From contig CAZWTD010000002.1 in assembly GCA_964637345.1 (NCBI GenBank), positions 6,426-70,425 on the forward strand: a stretch of DNA of 64,000 nt. Direction: 5' to 3'. The notes beneath the pieces are model-generated. The model was not told the DNA's origin. It saw only the letters and a program-made list of their open reading frames with translations, and made no database searches. Origin of the DNA: an uncultured Gammaproteobacteria bacterium. Lineage in GTDB: Bacteria > Patescibacteriota > Patescibacteriia > HK-STAS-PATE-3. Numbering within the stretch: the stretch's first letter is position 1; the number at the start of each line of letters is the position of its first letter. Below, one piece after another: positions 1-9,689 of the stretch. The translations under genes and the position numbers were made by a program.

Positions 1-1016
1 TCGCGGGGATCTACGCGGTGACCGTTTTGGCGAATATTTTCGGGGCGAGCATAATCGAGCGGCTGCACGAACGGCGCTCTCTTGGGTATGCTCTCGCCGG
101 GGCAAGTGTTGCGATTGGCGTTCTCGGTTTTGTCAGCCATATTTCCGGGATCATTGTGCTCTTCTCTCTCTACGCCTTCCTATTGACCCTGGTGCTCTTT
201 AATATCGACCTCTACGTAAAGCACTATTCAGAGCAATCGAGCTTGGCCGGGAACGAAGGGAAATTAGGAGTCTTTGGAAATTTGGGCTGGCTGCTCGGAC
301 CGATCATCGGTTCGGCTGTCGTTGTTGAGTTCGGCCTTTCAGCGACCTTTCTTGCTTGCGGGATTGCGACACTTCTCGGATTCATTCTCTTTATCGAGGC
401 TCGACCGCATGACGTCGAGCGTGTGATGCAACCGCATCAGTCTTTTTTCGCTTCATTACGTTCATACATGAAGGATCAGGAGTTGAGAAAGTTATATGTT
501 GTATCATTTGGTTTAAGTTTTTTGTATGCGGCCTGGAATTTTGTTCCGCTTCTTCTCGTCGATCGAGGTCTCTCGCTTGGTTCGCTGGGAATTGTCTATG
601 GACCAAGTGCTTTACCCTGGGTCTTATTTGAATATCCTGTTGGACGCCTTGCTGACCGCAAATATGGAGAAAAAGTGTTTATCGTTACTGGGTTTGGCTT
701 GATGGTTCTTGCTTCATTTTCCTTTAGCGTTCTCGCGTCGCTTGCCTGGCTCATTGGAGCGCTTGTTCTTGGGATTATTGGATCAAGCCTCATCGAACGA
801 ACTCAGGCCGCTGCGTTCTTTCGGAGAGTAGGGGATGATGACGTCGAACGGATTAGCGTATGGCGAACCTCAAGCGGCTTAGCATTGATTCTCGGTCCGC
901 TTTCGGCCGCCGCTGTCAGCTCCTTTGTTCCGCTGCCGTTTTTCTTTATGATTGTCGGACTCTTGGGTTTGCTTTTTCTCGCGACTGCTCTCGGGCTTCG
1001 TTCCTCCCGTCCATGA
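1..1016 (+). CDS. MFS-family transporter (5'-partial; frame open to window start)
   Basis: Track ORF 18..1016 encodes a polytopic hydrophobic protein with MFS-like TM spacing. There is no in-frame stop upstream to position 1, and the first codon at 18 is GTG, so the gene is probably truncated at the window edge. Confidence 0.55.
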   Translation, partial: AGIYAVTVLANIFGASIIERLHERRSLGYALAGASVAIGVLGFVSHISGIIVLFSLYAFLLTLVLFNIDLYVKHYSEQSSLAGNEGKLGVFGNLGWLLGPIIGSAVVVEFGLSATFLACGIATLLGFILFIEARPHDVERVMQPHQSFFASLRSYMKDQELRKLYVVSFGLSFLYAAWNFVPLLLVDRGLSLGSLGIVYGPSALPWVLFEYPVGRLADRKYGEKVFIVTGFGLMVLASFSFSVLASLAWLIGALVLGIIGSSLIERTQAAAFFRRVGDDDVERISVWRTSSGLALILGPLSAAAVSSFVPLPFFFMIVGLLGLLFLATALGLRSSRP

Positions 1017-1726
1017 TTCAGGATTTCAAGCTTGTTGAACGCGTGATCGAAACGCCGAGCGTGTGCACTCTTCGGCTAGTTCCAAAGGGCACGGAGGAGT
1101 ACAGCTACCGCGCTGGCACCTTTGCGCTGGTATCGATACCAGGCTCAGATATTCCCGCCCGGGCTTTTTCATTTTCCTCAGCGCCCAGCGACCCTTTCGT
1201 TGAACTCACAATCGAACGAACTGGGAAGATGACGACGGCGCTTCATGAGCTTCCGCTGGGATCGCTGTTGAGACTCAATGGTCCTCGCGGTCGATTCACT
1301 CTTCCGGACGAACTCTCGGGCCCCGTCCTTATGGTGGCCGGAGGATCGGGAATTGCGCCGCTTCGGTCTATGCTCCGGTCGCTCAAGCGCCATTCACGCC
1401 TTCCACCCATTACCTTGCTCTATAGCGTCCAGAGCCCCTCGGAGATTATCTTCCGCTCTGAGCTCGAGCAGATTTCGGAAAACATGGAAGGGTTGACCTA
1501 CGTGCCAACAGTCACTCGTCCAAGCACTGAAGTCGACTGGTTAGGCCGGGTAGGACGGATTGACAAACAGACCCTTGCGACACAGCTTCCTGTCCATAAA
1601 TCTCTCGAGGTCTTTGTGTGCGGCTCGCCAGCCTTCGTTTTTGCCATGATTCAGTACCTCCGCGAACTCGGAATAGAACGTGAACGCATTCGAACCGAGC
1701 AGTGGCTTCAGCCAGAGCTTGAGTAG
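1013..1726 (+). CDS. FAD/NAD(P)-binding oxidoreductase, ferredoxin-NADP reductase-like
   Basis: An RxYS-type FAD-binding motif (RAGTFALVSIP...AFSFSS) and a GGSGIAPLRSML NAD(P)-binding glycine motif are present. The ATG at 1013 overlaps the MFS stop as ATGA, so the track start at 860 is unlikely. Confidence 0.6.
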   Translation: MIQDFKLVERVIETPSVCTLRLVPKGTEEYSYRAGTFALVSIPGSDIPARAFSFSSAPSDPFVELTIERTGKMTTALHELPLGSLLRLNGPRGRFTLPDELSGPVLMVAGGSGIAPLRSMLRSLKRHSRLPPITLLYSVQSPSEIIFRSELEQISENMEGLTYVPTVTRPSTEVDWLGRVGRIDKQTLATQLPVHKSLEVFVCGSPAFVFAMIQYLRELGIERERIRTEQWLQPELE

Positions 1727-1779
1727 ACGGGTCGACTGGTATTTGGTACCATGACAGCGAAATCGCTAACGTAACCCCC

Positions 1780-2409
1780 ATGAATGAAACACAAGGCCAG
1801 TCTCAACCATCCCGCCCTTTGACCTGGGTGGTTATTGCCCTCGTGGTGCTCATCTTGATTGTGTTAACGGTCGTCTTTATCCTTTGGCGCGATCGTTTGA
1901 CTGGGGATGAAAATGGCAACACCAACGCGGTGAATCAGACATCGAACACCTCAGCGACGAATACAAACAGCGTTACGAACAGCGATTCGGGATCTTCGAA
2001 CACCAACACGGTTGTTGCCGATAGCGAAGTCCTATATGCCAATCCTCAGTTTGGATATTCTGTTCGCTACGCTGATCCCGACCGAAGCCTTATAACGACC
2101 TCGACAAGTAATACTGCCGAGCAGCTCTATAGCGGGTGGACTCTGGAAAGCGGAGAGGGAGTGATTATCGCGATTGATGTCTTTCCGAAAGAAGGGGCGG
2201 CAGGAGTATTTACAGACCGTGGGTACGCTGTTACGGATGACACTGTTGAGCTGGGAAACGTTACTGCGAATATTCTCACGATCGATGGCGTAAAAAAGGG
2301 GTATCGGGTTGAGTATGGGAATTACGTATTCGTTCTTCGCTCAGACGCGGTACTTGGCGACGGTTCGTCGGCTGATTTCGAAACCATCGCGAAGACCTTT
2401 CTCTTTTAG
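1780..2409 (+). CDS. membrane-anchored hypothetical protein with N/T/S-rich linker
   Basis: An N-terminal TM helix (WVVIALVVLILIVLTVVFILW) is followed by a low-complexity NTNAVNQTSNTSATNTNS stretch and then a globular C-terminal domain. No recognisable family. Confidence 0.45.
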   Translation: MNETQGQSQPSRPLTWVVIALVVLILIVLTVVFILWRDRLTGDENGNTNAVNQTSNTSATNTNSVTNSDSGSSNTNTVVADSEVLYANPQFGYSVRYADPDRSLITTSTSNTAEQLYSGWTLESGEGVIIAIDVFPKEGAAGVFTDRGYAVTDDTVELGNVTANILTIDGVKKGYRVEYGNYVFVLRSDAVLGDGSSADFETIAKTFLF

Positions 2410-2491
2410 GTCTCTACGGTTGACGAAGGATGAGCAAGGGCGTACACTGCCTGCGTTTTCTTGAACCTGAAGAATTGGAGGCTTGCCTGGC

Positions 2492-2567
2492 CGGGGTGTA
2501 GCGCAGTTGGTAGCGCGCATCGTTCGGGACGATGAGGCCCGGGGTTCGAGTCCCCGCACCCCGACCA
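2492..2567 (+). tRNA. tRNA-Pro (anticodon CGG)
   Basis: A cloverleaf can be folded by hand. Acceptor CGGGGTG pairs with CACCCCG, the D-arm is GCGC/AGTTGGTA/GCGC, the anticodon stem is CATCG/CGATG with loop TTCGGGA (anticodon CGG, G37), the T-arm is CGGGG/TTCGAGT/CCCCG, and a discriminator A plus encoded CCA follow. Confidence 0.85.
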
Positions 2568-2593
2568 GACAAGCTTCCTTGTGTTTATCAAAT

Positions 2594-3373
2594 TTATTTG
2601 TGAGGAAGGAGTGCTCCAAGCTGCCAAACAACCACTACGCCGAGGATAATGAGGACGAGCTGGAGAATGCTTCGGCCGATTTTACGTTCATGCTGGATTG
2701 TTGGTACAAGGTCGGCTAGAGCGATGTAGATGAAGTTCCCGATAACAAAGGCGAGTAGGGGTACTTCAATTCGTTCGACGAGTTGAGCGTTTAAGAGAAC
2801 GAGTAGAGCGCCTAAGGGGCTTACGAGCGCTCCGAGGAAGTTCCAGAGGAGCACCTTTGATCGTGCCATGCCACTATGGATGAGGATGCTGAAATCACCA
2901 ATTTCCTGTGGGATTTCGTGGGCAACGACGGCCAAGGAGGTAATAACTCCTAAGCCTGGGTCGGTTAAGAAGGCCAGGGCGATAATAGCGCCGTCGAGAA
3001 GGTTATGGATGGCGTCCCCGAAGATAACAAGCGGGCGAACGCTGGTCAGATTGGAATGCGGTTGCTCTTCGTGCGTCTCCTCGCCGTGCTGGTGCGAGTG
3101 GTGGTGCCAGACTAAAAGCTTTTCAAGGGTGAAGAAGGTGAGAACTCCAATAAGCGTTCCAACGAATACTGGGCCGGTGTTGTCTCCGGCGTGTTCGAGG
3201 GCCTCGGGGAATAACTCAAGGAAGCTAGCCCCGAGAATACTCCCGGCGGCGAAACTCATCAGATAGATTGACCAGCGCTTTATCCGCCATTCGTTGAGGA
3301 TGAGGATAAGTCCGCCAAGAAGGCCGAGGAGACTGACGCCGGTGGTGATGGCAATAATAGTGAGTGTTGACAT
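2594..3373 (-). CDS. zupT: ZIP-family zinc transporter (ZupT-like)
   Basis: A His-rich cytoplasmic loop (HHHSHQHGEETHEEQPH) and a conserved HEIPQEIGDF metal-binding TM motif are present. It lies immediately downstream of a Fur-family gene. Start is either at the MSTLT Met (3373) or the TTG at about 3399. Confidence 0.75.
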   Translation of the reverse strand: MSTLTIIAITTGVSLLGLLGGLILILNEWRIKRWSIYLMSFAAGSILGASFLELFPEALEHAGDNTGPVFVGTLIGVLTFFTLEKLLVWHHHSHQHGEETHEEQPHSNLTSVRPLVIFGDAIHNLLDGAIIALAFLTDPGLGVITSLAVVAHEIPQEIGDFSILIHSGMARSKVLLWNFLGALVSPLGALLVLLNAQLVERIEVPLLAFVIGNFIYIALADLVPTIQHERKIGRSILQLVLIILGVVVVWQLGALLPHK

Positions 3374-3381
3374 AGGAATCC

Positions 3382-3798
3382 TTAGGTACAGCGGACGCAA
3401 ACCCCGTAGAACTCGAGGGCGTGCCGTTGAGTGATAAATTGATAGTGTTTTCGGATGCGCCCCTCCTCTTCGCCGAGGTCGCGCTCAAGTTGGACGTCTT
3501 GAACCGTTTTACACCGAAGGCAGACGAGGTGGTGATGGTGGTTCCCGCGAAGCTCAAAGCGGCGGATTCCATCCCCAAAGTCGATAGCTTCAAGGAGGCC
3601 CTCCGCTTCGAGATGTTCAAGTTCTCGATAGACAGTGGTTTTATTTGGCTGCAGGCCAACGCGCGCGAGTCGTATTCCCACCTCAGACGCCGAGAGGGGA
3701 GCTGAGGCTCGATCCAGGACCTTTGAGAGGCCGATTCGAACACGGGTTATCCGGAGGCCCTTTTGTTGGATGCTGTGTAACAAGTTCGCGTTAGGCAT
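3382..3798 (-). CDS. zur: Fur-family metalloregulator, probably Zur
   Basis: Fur-family DNA-binding N-terminus with HHHHLVCLRC and C-terminal CVRC metal sites. It is in an operon with the ZIP transporter. The likely start is MPNANLL (ATG at 3796-3798), not the upstream TTG. Confidence 0.7.
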   Translation of the reverse strand: MPNANLLHSIQQKGLRITRVRIGLSKVLDRASAPLSASEVGIRLARVGLQPNKTTVYRELEHLEAEGLLEAIDFGDGIRRFELRGNHHHHLVCLRCKTVQDVQLERDLGEEEGRIRKHYQFITQRHALEFYGVCVRCT

Positions 3799-3810
3799 GG
3801 AGTAAACATA

Positions 3811-3827
3811 ATGCAACTTAGTTGCAT
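3811..3827. promoter_or_regulatory. perfect 7-3-7 palindrome ATGCAAC-TTA-GTTGCAT in the zur / polyprenyl-synthase divergent promoter; candidate Zur operator
   Basis: The inverted repeat is read directly in the sequence, 13 nt upstream of the zur start codon. The Fur-family gene and zinc transporter lie downstream of it on the minus strand. Confidence 0.4.
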
Positions 3828-3879
3828 GTGTCAAGTACTCGACTTGCCGAAAAGGGGAAAAACCGCTAGGCTAGAGCGT

Positions 3880-4983
3880 ATGAAGCAGGTTTACGCGGGA
3901 GTTTTTCGTGGTCGAAGACCGGCGTTACAAACGGAGATTGCCGACTGGAAGAGACAGGTAGAGCGTCGACTTGAACGGGTATTTCAAGAGTACCCAAGCC
4001 AACTTCCGATCGGGACTCCAGAGGTGAAGTCTGCTATTCGGCTCCTCCGTGAATTTACCCTTCGTGCAGCGAGTAAACGGGTTCGGGCCTACCTTGTCCG
4101 TCTTGGCTATGAATCGCGGTCCGCTCGCGTGCCGCAGGGCCTTATTGACGTAGCAGCCGCCGTAGAGCTCATTCAGACCTACCTGCTCATTCATGATGAT
4201 ATTATTGATCGGGACGAGGTTCGGCGCGGCGGACCGACCGTGCACGCCGCTCTTCGGGCGCAATTGACCGTGCCGGTGTTAGAGCGACGTCGTTTGAGCA
4301 ACAGCCTTGCCCTATTGATCGGGGATCTCGCCTTTAGTTGGGCGATGCGATTAGTAAGCGAGTCTCCATTTCCGGCGGAGCGACGATTGCGCGCGCTTCG
4401 CGTTCTTTTAACGACGCATGAGACCTGCGTTGGAGGGCAGTACCTCGACGTTCTACCCGTTAGCGAGATTTCGTTAACTCGCGAACGCGTCGAGGCAATC
4501 GCTCGGCGAAAAACAGCCTCCTATACCTTTGTTGGCCCCCTTTGCGCCGGGGCGTATTTAGCGGGAGCCTCAGAAACGACAATTCGCGCGCTGTCAGCCT
4601 ACGGGGAATCCGTTGGAATGGCCTATCAATGGATTGATGATTTAGATGACGTTCTCGCGCTGAAGCAGGGAGCGCGTTCCTCAAATGATCTCGACGAGGG
4701 TAAGGGGACTGCCGTTGTGATTGCAACGCGAAAACTTCTTCGCCCGTCAGAACGCCGTCGCTTTGACGCGCTTCTTCGGAAAGTCCCGAAAACACCTCTT
4801 GCCCTTCGGCGTTTGACGCGCTATGTTCATGAGGCGAAGGTTGAGAAAATGGTCCGCGCCGAAGCGGCGCACTTTGTCCAGCGGGGCATCCGCGCCCTAG
4901 CCTCACCGGCGGCGCTTCGTTCGGCTGCCCGCGGACGTTTACGAGAGGTATCGCACTTCATTCTTGGAGTAAAGACTGAATGA
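3880..4983 (+). CDS. polyprenyl diphosphate synthase (trans-isoprenyl diphosphate synthase, FPPS/GGPPS family)
   Basis: First Asp-rich motif LIHDDIIDRDEVRRG and second motif WIDDLDD are present. Start taken at MKQVYAGVF (ATG 3880) rather than 3811, which would overlap the palindrome. Confidence 0.8.
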   Translation: MKQVYAGVFRGRRPALQTEIADWKRQVERRLERVFQEYPSQLPIGTPEVKSAIRLLREFTLRAASKRVRAYLVRLGYESRSARVPQGLIDVAAAVELIQTYLLIHDDIIDRDEVRRGGPTVHAALRAQLTVPVLERRRLSNSLALLIGDLAFSWAMRLVSESPFPAERRLRALRVLLTTHETCVGGQYLDVLPVSEISLTRERVEAIARRKTASYTFVGPLCAGAYLAGASETTIRALSAYGESVGMAYQWIDDLDDVLALKQGARSSNDLDEGKGTAVVIATRKLLRPSERRRFDALLRKVPKTPLALRRLTRYVHEAKVEKMVRAEAAHFVQRGIRALASPAALRSAARGRLREVSHFILGVKTE

Positions 4984-5672
4984 CGAAGAAGAACGTCCCG
5001 CGCCACGTTGCGATTATCCCAGACGGCAACCGCCGCTGGGCTCGACGAAACCATCTCCCATCGGTTCTCGGTCATAAACATGGCGTCGAAGCTTTTGAGC
5101 GTATTTGCGATGAGGCGCTCGCGCAGGGCGTTGAGGTCCTTACCTTTTATACCTTCTCAAGCGAAAATTGGCATCGGACGAAGACCGAGGTGCGCTATCT
5201 TTTCCGTTTGCTTGAGGACGTGTTTACGAAACGGCTTGAAAAGTTACAACGGCAAGGCATCCAACTTCGCATCTCCGGGAGAGTCGACGAGTTTCCGAAG
5301 CGACTTCAGGAGATTGTCGCGTCCGCGGTTCAGGCAACGAAAAAAAATCGCCGTGGGATTGTTCATCTCTGCTTGAACTACGGAGGAAGAAACGAACTTA
5401 TTGATGCAGTTCGTTCTCTTGTTCGAGCGAATACTCCGGCCGGACGGATCGATGCCCGCGCGATTTCAGCCCGCCTCTACCAGTCCGACCTCCCTGAGCC
5501 GGACTTGATCGTTCGAACTTCCGGTGAGCAGCGGCTTTCGGGTTTTTTACTTTGGCAGTCTGAGTACAGCGAGCTCTACTTTAGCGAGAAGCTGTGGCCA
5601 GATTTTCAGCCGGCTGATTTCCGGAAAGCGCTCGCCGAGTTTGTTCGCCGTCAGCGCCGTTACGGAGCGTAA
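4980..5672 (+). CDS. uppS: undecaprenyl diphosphate synthase (cis-prenyltransferase)
   Basis: HVAIIPDGNRRWA, FSSENWHR and RTSGEQRLSGFLLWQSEYSELYF are all characteristic UppS motifs. ATGA overlap with the upstream gene. Confidence 0.9.
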   Translation: MTKKNVPRHVAIIPDGNRRWARRNHLPSVLGHKHGVEAFERICDEALAQGVEVLTFYTFSSENWHRTKTEVRYLFRLLEDVFTKRLEKLQRQGIQLRISGRVDEFPKRLQEIVASAVQATKKNRRGIVHLCLNYGGRNELIDAVRSLVRANTPAGRIDARAISARLYQSDLPEPDLIVRTSGEQRLSGFLLWQSEYSELYFSEKLWPDFQPADFRKALAEFVRRQRRYGA

Positions 5673-5673
5673 C

Positions 5674-6342
5674 ATGAGCATGGGGGAACGATCGCCAAAT
5701 GTACTCCTTGATCTGAGTCGCCCAATCGGGCGATTTGCCGCTTTTGTGTGGATTATGGGTCTCTTCTCGCTCTACTTTCCAATTAACTGGGCTTGGGGCG
5801 CAGTCCATCAGTTGAAGACCCCACTCGACGAGTTTATTCCTCTTGTGCCAGCCTTCGTTATTCCCTATGTGTTTGTGTTTTTTGCCTGGGGTGCGGGCTT
5901 AATGGGCTGGGCGATTGTGTGGCGCCCGAAGCTCTTTCTGCGCCTCGTCGCCTCATTTACCATTGCGTGCGGCCTCTCCTACATTGTCTATTTGGCTTTC
6001 CAAACGACGGTGCCGCGGCCAGACCTTGAGGTGACCGACGGGTTTACCCGCATCCTAAAGTGGATATATAGTAGCGATCGGCGCTTCAACGCTTTCCCCT
6101 CAGGTCATACATTAACGACAACAATTCTTCTCTTGTCGACCTACCCGATCGTTCGGGGTCTCTGGAAAGTGGTTTTTTGCCTTGCAGCTGCAAGTATTAT
6201 CGCAGCGACGCTTCTCTTGAAACAGCATTACATTCTGGATATCTTAGCTGGGCTTGCGGTTGGCTCGTTTTCCTTTTGGCTTGGACAAAAAATCGGCCCT
6301 TGCTTCTATCCGGCAGAGGAAAAACGCGAAAGGCCGAGCTAG
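5674..6342 (+). CDS. PAP2-family membrane phosphatase (possible undecaprenyl-diphosphate phosphatase)
   Basis: PAP2 signature residues PSGHT and HYILDILAG sit in a polytopic membrane protein, directly downstream of uppS. Confidence 0.65.
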   Translation: MSMGERSPNVLLDLSRPIGRFAAFVWIMGLFSLYFPINWAWGAVHQLKTPLDEFIPLVPAFVIPYVFVFFAWGAGLMGWAIVWRPKLFLRLVASFTIACGLSYIVYLAFQTTVPRPDLEVTDGFTRILKWIYSSDRRFNAFPSGHTLTTTILLLSTYPIVRGLWKVVFCLAAASIIAATLLLKQHYILDILAGLAVGSFSFWLGQKIGPCFYPAEEKRERPS

Positions 6343-7517
6343 CGCTGCGTATTCGTCGATCCTGGATGGGGAGCGAGAAAACGGGCGGCTAAGGTTGTTG
6401 CAATTGGAACTGCGAGGATGAGCGCGCTACTGCCGACAAGTGTTCGGATGACTTCTTCAACAATGAACTGGTCATTGAGTGTGATCCAGAGCGGGACCTC
6501 GCTTCGGAGTCCGAAAAGGAGAAAGAGCGGCAGGGCAGCGCCGACATAGGCGAGCGCGAGCGTATTGACGAGAGAGGCAATATGGCCGCGCCCCACACGG
6601 AGGGCTCTTCGGATCAGTTCGCTGCGGGGCAGTTCGGCATTGGCGCTTGCGAGCTCTTCGACCACACTTGTTTGCGCGGTCGTTATATCATCAAGAACGC
6701 CGAGTGTTCCGAGGAGGATGCCCCCGAGGAGGAGCCCGGAGAAGTTGATTGAAAGGCTTGGGTCATTGAAGAGCATAACAGCTTCTTCGCTTCCCAATCC
6801 GTTTAATCGAGCAAGCGAAGTAAAAAAGATCGCCAGAAGCGATCCAAGGCCGAGGGTAATGAGAGAGCTCGTGAGTGCAATGGTGGTGCGGCGGCTTATC
6901 CCGTGCGAGAAGTAGTGCGATGTTATTGCAATCGCAACCGAAGCTACAAGGCAGGTTGAGAGGGGGTCACCCCCGCGCGCTATTGTTGGGATGAGGTAGG
7001 CGCCGATGATGAGAATACTGATCGCGAGTCCGAGGATTGATGATACCCCTCGTTTTCTCGCGAAGAGGACAACCAAGACGAAGAAGAGGGCAATAACGAT
7101 GAGTACAGAGGGGAAGCGGTAGGCATCGATGATCGTGTCAACGGTTTCTCCGCTTGCACCGCTTGTGAGAATGACAACGGTCTGACCAAGGGAGACAAGT
7201 TGGTCATCCCGAAGGTCTTCGAGTAAGCCATGGTCTAGCGTCCGCTCGGTGTTTTTTTCCGGCCCCGAGAGGAAACGGATTTGGACCTTTTGCCAAGCGG
7301 AAGTCCCCAGTTCTCCGTTCGTCCTCGTTCCACTCTCGAGAATGTGAATCACTTTGGCCCGTGCGTAGGTGTCCGGGGACCCACTTGCCTTGGCGGGAAT
7401 GGGATTACCGAAAAAGAAACTGAGGAAGAGGCTGAAAACAGCAAGGCCTTCAAGGACTACGCGTTCTCGCGGGGTTTTCCAGATAATCATTATCCGCAGT
7501 GTATCAACTTCACTCAT
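6339..7517 (-). CDS. YibE/F-family membrane protein
   Basis: About 390 aa polytopic protein. Its architecture and conserved segments resemble the YibE/F family. Function unknown. Confidence 0.5.
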   Translation of the reverse strand: MSEVDTLRIMIIWKTPRERVVLEGLAVFSLFLSFFFGNPIPAKASGSPDTYARAKVIHILESGTRTNGELGTSAWQKVQIRFLSGPEKNTERTLDHGLLEDLRDDQLVSLGQTVVILTSGASGETVDTIIDAYRFPSVLIVIALFFVLVVLFARKRGVSSILGLAISILIIGAYLIPTIARGGDPLSTCLVASVAIAITSHYFSHGISRRTTIALTSSLITLGLGSLLAIFFTSLARLNGLGSEEAVMLFNDPSLSINFSGLLLGGILLGTLGVLDDITTAQTSVVEELASANAELPRSELIRRALRVGRGHIASLVNTLALAYVGAALPLFLLFGLRSEVPLWITLNDQFIVEEVIRTLVGSSALILAVPIATTLAARFLAPHPGSTNTQR

Positions 7518-7566
7518 ACACGGAAAGAGGCTAGTGATTTCGAAGTTTTTTTGATAGGGTGAAGAT

Positions 7567-8874
7567 ATGTCAGATGACCTATTTTCGAGTTCTCGACGCA
7601 GCGCCCGTGTTCGAATGGCTCCATTAGCGGAACGGCTCCGACCCCGGAGTTTTGAGGAGTTTCTCGAACAGGAGGCGCTTGTGAATGAGGGGAGCGTGCT
7701 CCGCTTGGCAATTGAGAACGACGAACTTTTCTCGATGATTTTTTGGGGCCCGCCGGGTTCAGGAAAAACAACGCTCGCGAGGCTAGTTGCGGAAAAAACA
7801 AAGGCGAATTTCGTTCAGTTATCAGCAGTCAGTTCGGGAATTGACGAGCTTCGAAAAGTCGTACGCCAAGCGGAAGCGGACTGGAAGTATGACGGCCGAC
7901 GAACCATTCTTTTTGTCGATGAAATTCATCGGTGGAACAAAGCTCAGCAAGACGCTTTTCTTCCCTTCGTTGAGAATGGCACGATAGTCCTTATCGGGGC
8001 GACAACTGAAAATCCTTCTTTTGAGGTGATTGCGCCGCTTCTTTCGCGTTGCCAGGTGTATACACTGTACCGGTTGAGCCCTGAAGGGCTTGCGCGGCTC
8101 GTGAAGCGTGCCTTAACCGATCGAGAACGCGGATACGGGGATCGGAAGACCACGATAGTACCGGCGGCTTTGGATTTTCTTGTCGGAGAATCAAATGGCG
8201 ATGCACGAGCTCTTCTCAACGCGCTTGAGATCGCCGTGAAGGCTGCGCCCGTCCAGGGGAGGGGACCGCGACGCATAACGCTCGCCTTAGTCGAGGCGGC
8301 TGTTCAAAAACGCCATCTGTATTTCGATAAAGGTGGAGAAGAGTATTACAATATTATCTCTGCGTTTATTAAGTCTATGCGGGGGTCAGACCCGGACGCG
8401 ACCGTCTACTGGCTCGCTCGACTGTTAGAAGCCGGTGAGGATCCGAAGTTCATTGCACGACGAATGGTTGTGTTTGCTTCAGAAGATGTCTCAGTAGCGG
8501 ATCCCCAAGCGCTTGCTCTTGCGGTTGCGACCTTTCATGCCGTTGAGCTTATCGGGCCTCCCGAGTGTGCAATCAACCTGTCACACTGCGCTATTGCTCT
8601 CGCCCTCGCTTCGAAGAATAATTCGACCTATGAGGCTCTTCAGAGAGCGCGCGATGATGTGGCCACAACGCTGAATGAGCCGGTTCCGCTCCACCTTCGA
8701 AACGCGCCGACCGAACTCATGAAAAAACTGGGTTATGGGAAAGGCTACAAATACTCTCATCACTACTCTGCGTTAGATGGGCGCCAGGAGTATCTTCCGA
8801 CGCGCTTGAGCGGCCGCCGCTACTTTATTCCGAAGCCTAAAGCCAAGCGAACAAAGAAAACCCGCTCCATATGA
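7567..8874 (+). CDS. rarA: replication-associated recombination protein A (AAA+ ATPase, MgsA/WRNIP1 family)
   Basis: Walker A GPPGSGKTTLA, Walker B ILFVDEIHR, and the C-terminal MgsA helical domain are present. Confidence 0.85.
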   Translation: MSDDLFSSSRRSARVRMAPLAERLRPRSFEEFLEQEALVNEGSVLRLAIENDELFSMIFWGPPGSGKTTLARLVAEKTKANFVQLSAVSSGIDELRKVVRQAEADWKYDGRRTILFVDEIHRWNKAQQDAFLPFVENGTIVLIGATTENPSFEVIAPLLSRCQVYTLYRLSPEGLARLVKRALTDRERGYGDRKTTIVPAALDFLVGESNGDARALLNALEIAVKAAPVQGRGPRRITLALVEAAVQKRHLYFDKGGEEYYNIISAFIKSMRGSDPDATVYWLARLLEAGEDPKFIARRMVVFASEDVSVADPQALALAVATFHAVELIGPPECAINLSHCAIALALASKNNSTYEALQRARDDVATTLNEPVPLHLRNAPTELMKKLGYGKGYKYSHHYSALDGRQEYLPTRLSGRRYFIPKPKAKRTKKTRSI

Positions 8875-9638
8875 CGAATGCCGATATCCTTCCGAAGCCA
8901 AAACGATTCGGACCAGAGGAACGATTTTTAGTAATCGGGCTTAGCGTGGTGTCGCTTTTCATTATCGCGATGCTCGTCTTTCCAGAGTTAGGGGATGAGC
9001 TTTCACGCTTCTCTCGGTCTTGGCAGGCTCTTGCGATTACGTATGGCTATCTTGGAGCTTTCGTTAGCTCTTTGGTCGGGAACGCGACTGTCATCATTGT
9101 CTTTCCCTACACAGCAATTATCTTTCTTCTTGCTGCCTTCGGATTGAATCCCTGGCTCTTAGCCCTCGTGACCGGGCTAGGATCCATGTTGGGCGAACTC
9201 GTCAGCTATGTTGTCGCGCGGACAGGATCGGGTGCATTCGAGCGAAAGAGACCGACCTCATACGCCGCCGTCCGTTCGATTGTTGAACGTCGACCTCGCC
9301 TTATTCCGCTCCTGCTCTTTTCCTTCGCTGCGCTTCCTCTTCCGGATGATCTCTTGCTCATTCCGCTCGGAATTGTCCGCTACTCAATTTGGAAAATTAT
9401 CGGACCGAACTTTCTTGGAAAGCTTACTGCTGCTCTGGTCATTACCTATACCGGTCGGCAGGCGAACGCGCTCGTTTTTACCAATCAATCAGCGACTGGG
9501 GATATACTTTTTAACGGGGTCATTCTTGGAGTTATCGTCATCGGCCTCTACCTCTTTTTTCGCATTCGCTGGGAGCAGGTGTTACAGCGCTTTGTCCCGG
9601 ATTTTCCCGACCAACTTCCTCGGACAACCCTCCGCTAG
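8871..9638 (+). CDS. DedA/YqaA-like (VTT/SNARE-associated domain) membrane protein
   Basis: Polytopic protein with a G-x-G-x-x-GE-x-x-SY-like motif (TGLGSMLGELVSY). Family assignment is weak. Confidence 0.4.
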   Translation: MTNADILPKPKRFGPEERFLVIGLSVVSLFIIAMLVFPELGDELSRFSRSWQALAITYGYLGAFVSSLVGNATVIIVFPYTAIIFLLAAFGLNPWLLALVTGLGSMLGELVSYVVARTGSGAFERKRPTSYAAVRSIVERRPRLIPLLLFSFAALPLPDDLLLIPLGIVRYSIWKIIGPNFLGKLTAALVITYTGRQANALVFTNQSATGDILFNGVILGVIVIGLYLFFRIRWEQVLQRFVPDFPDQLPRTTLR

Positions 9639-9689
9639 CCTTCTCAAACAGTTTTTGCTACACTGGGCGCAGCCATCAGGTTAACTGCC

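Noticed and set aside
860-1016. Possibility that the MFS transporter and the FNR-like reductase are one fused gene (track ORF 860-1726 overlaps the MFS by 157 nt)
   Set aside because: The MFS frame ends with a stop at 1014-1016. The reductase has its own ATG at 1013 (ATGA overlap), and the overlapping N-terminal extension has no reductase homology.
4460-4906. Antisense ORFs inside well-supported genes (e.g. 4460-4906, 54684-55307, 57924-58613, 61253-61873, 42736-43353)
   Set aside because: They lie opposite conserved genes with clear motifs and have Arg/Pro/Ser-rich composition typical of GC-rich shadow frames.
9208-9684. 158-aa + strand ORF overlapping the 3' end of the DedA/YqaA-like gene
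   Set aside because: Out-of-frame overlap with a hydrophobic membrane protein gene. Low-complexity S/L/R composition and no start context.
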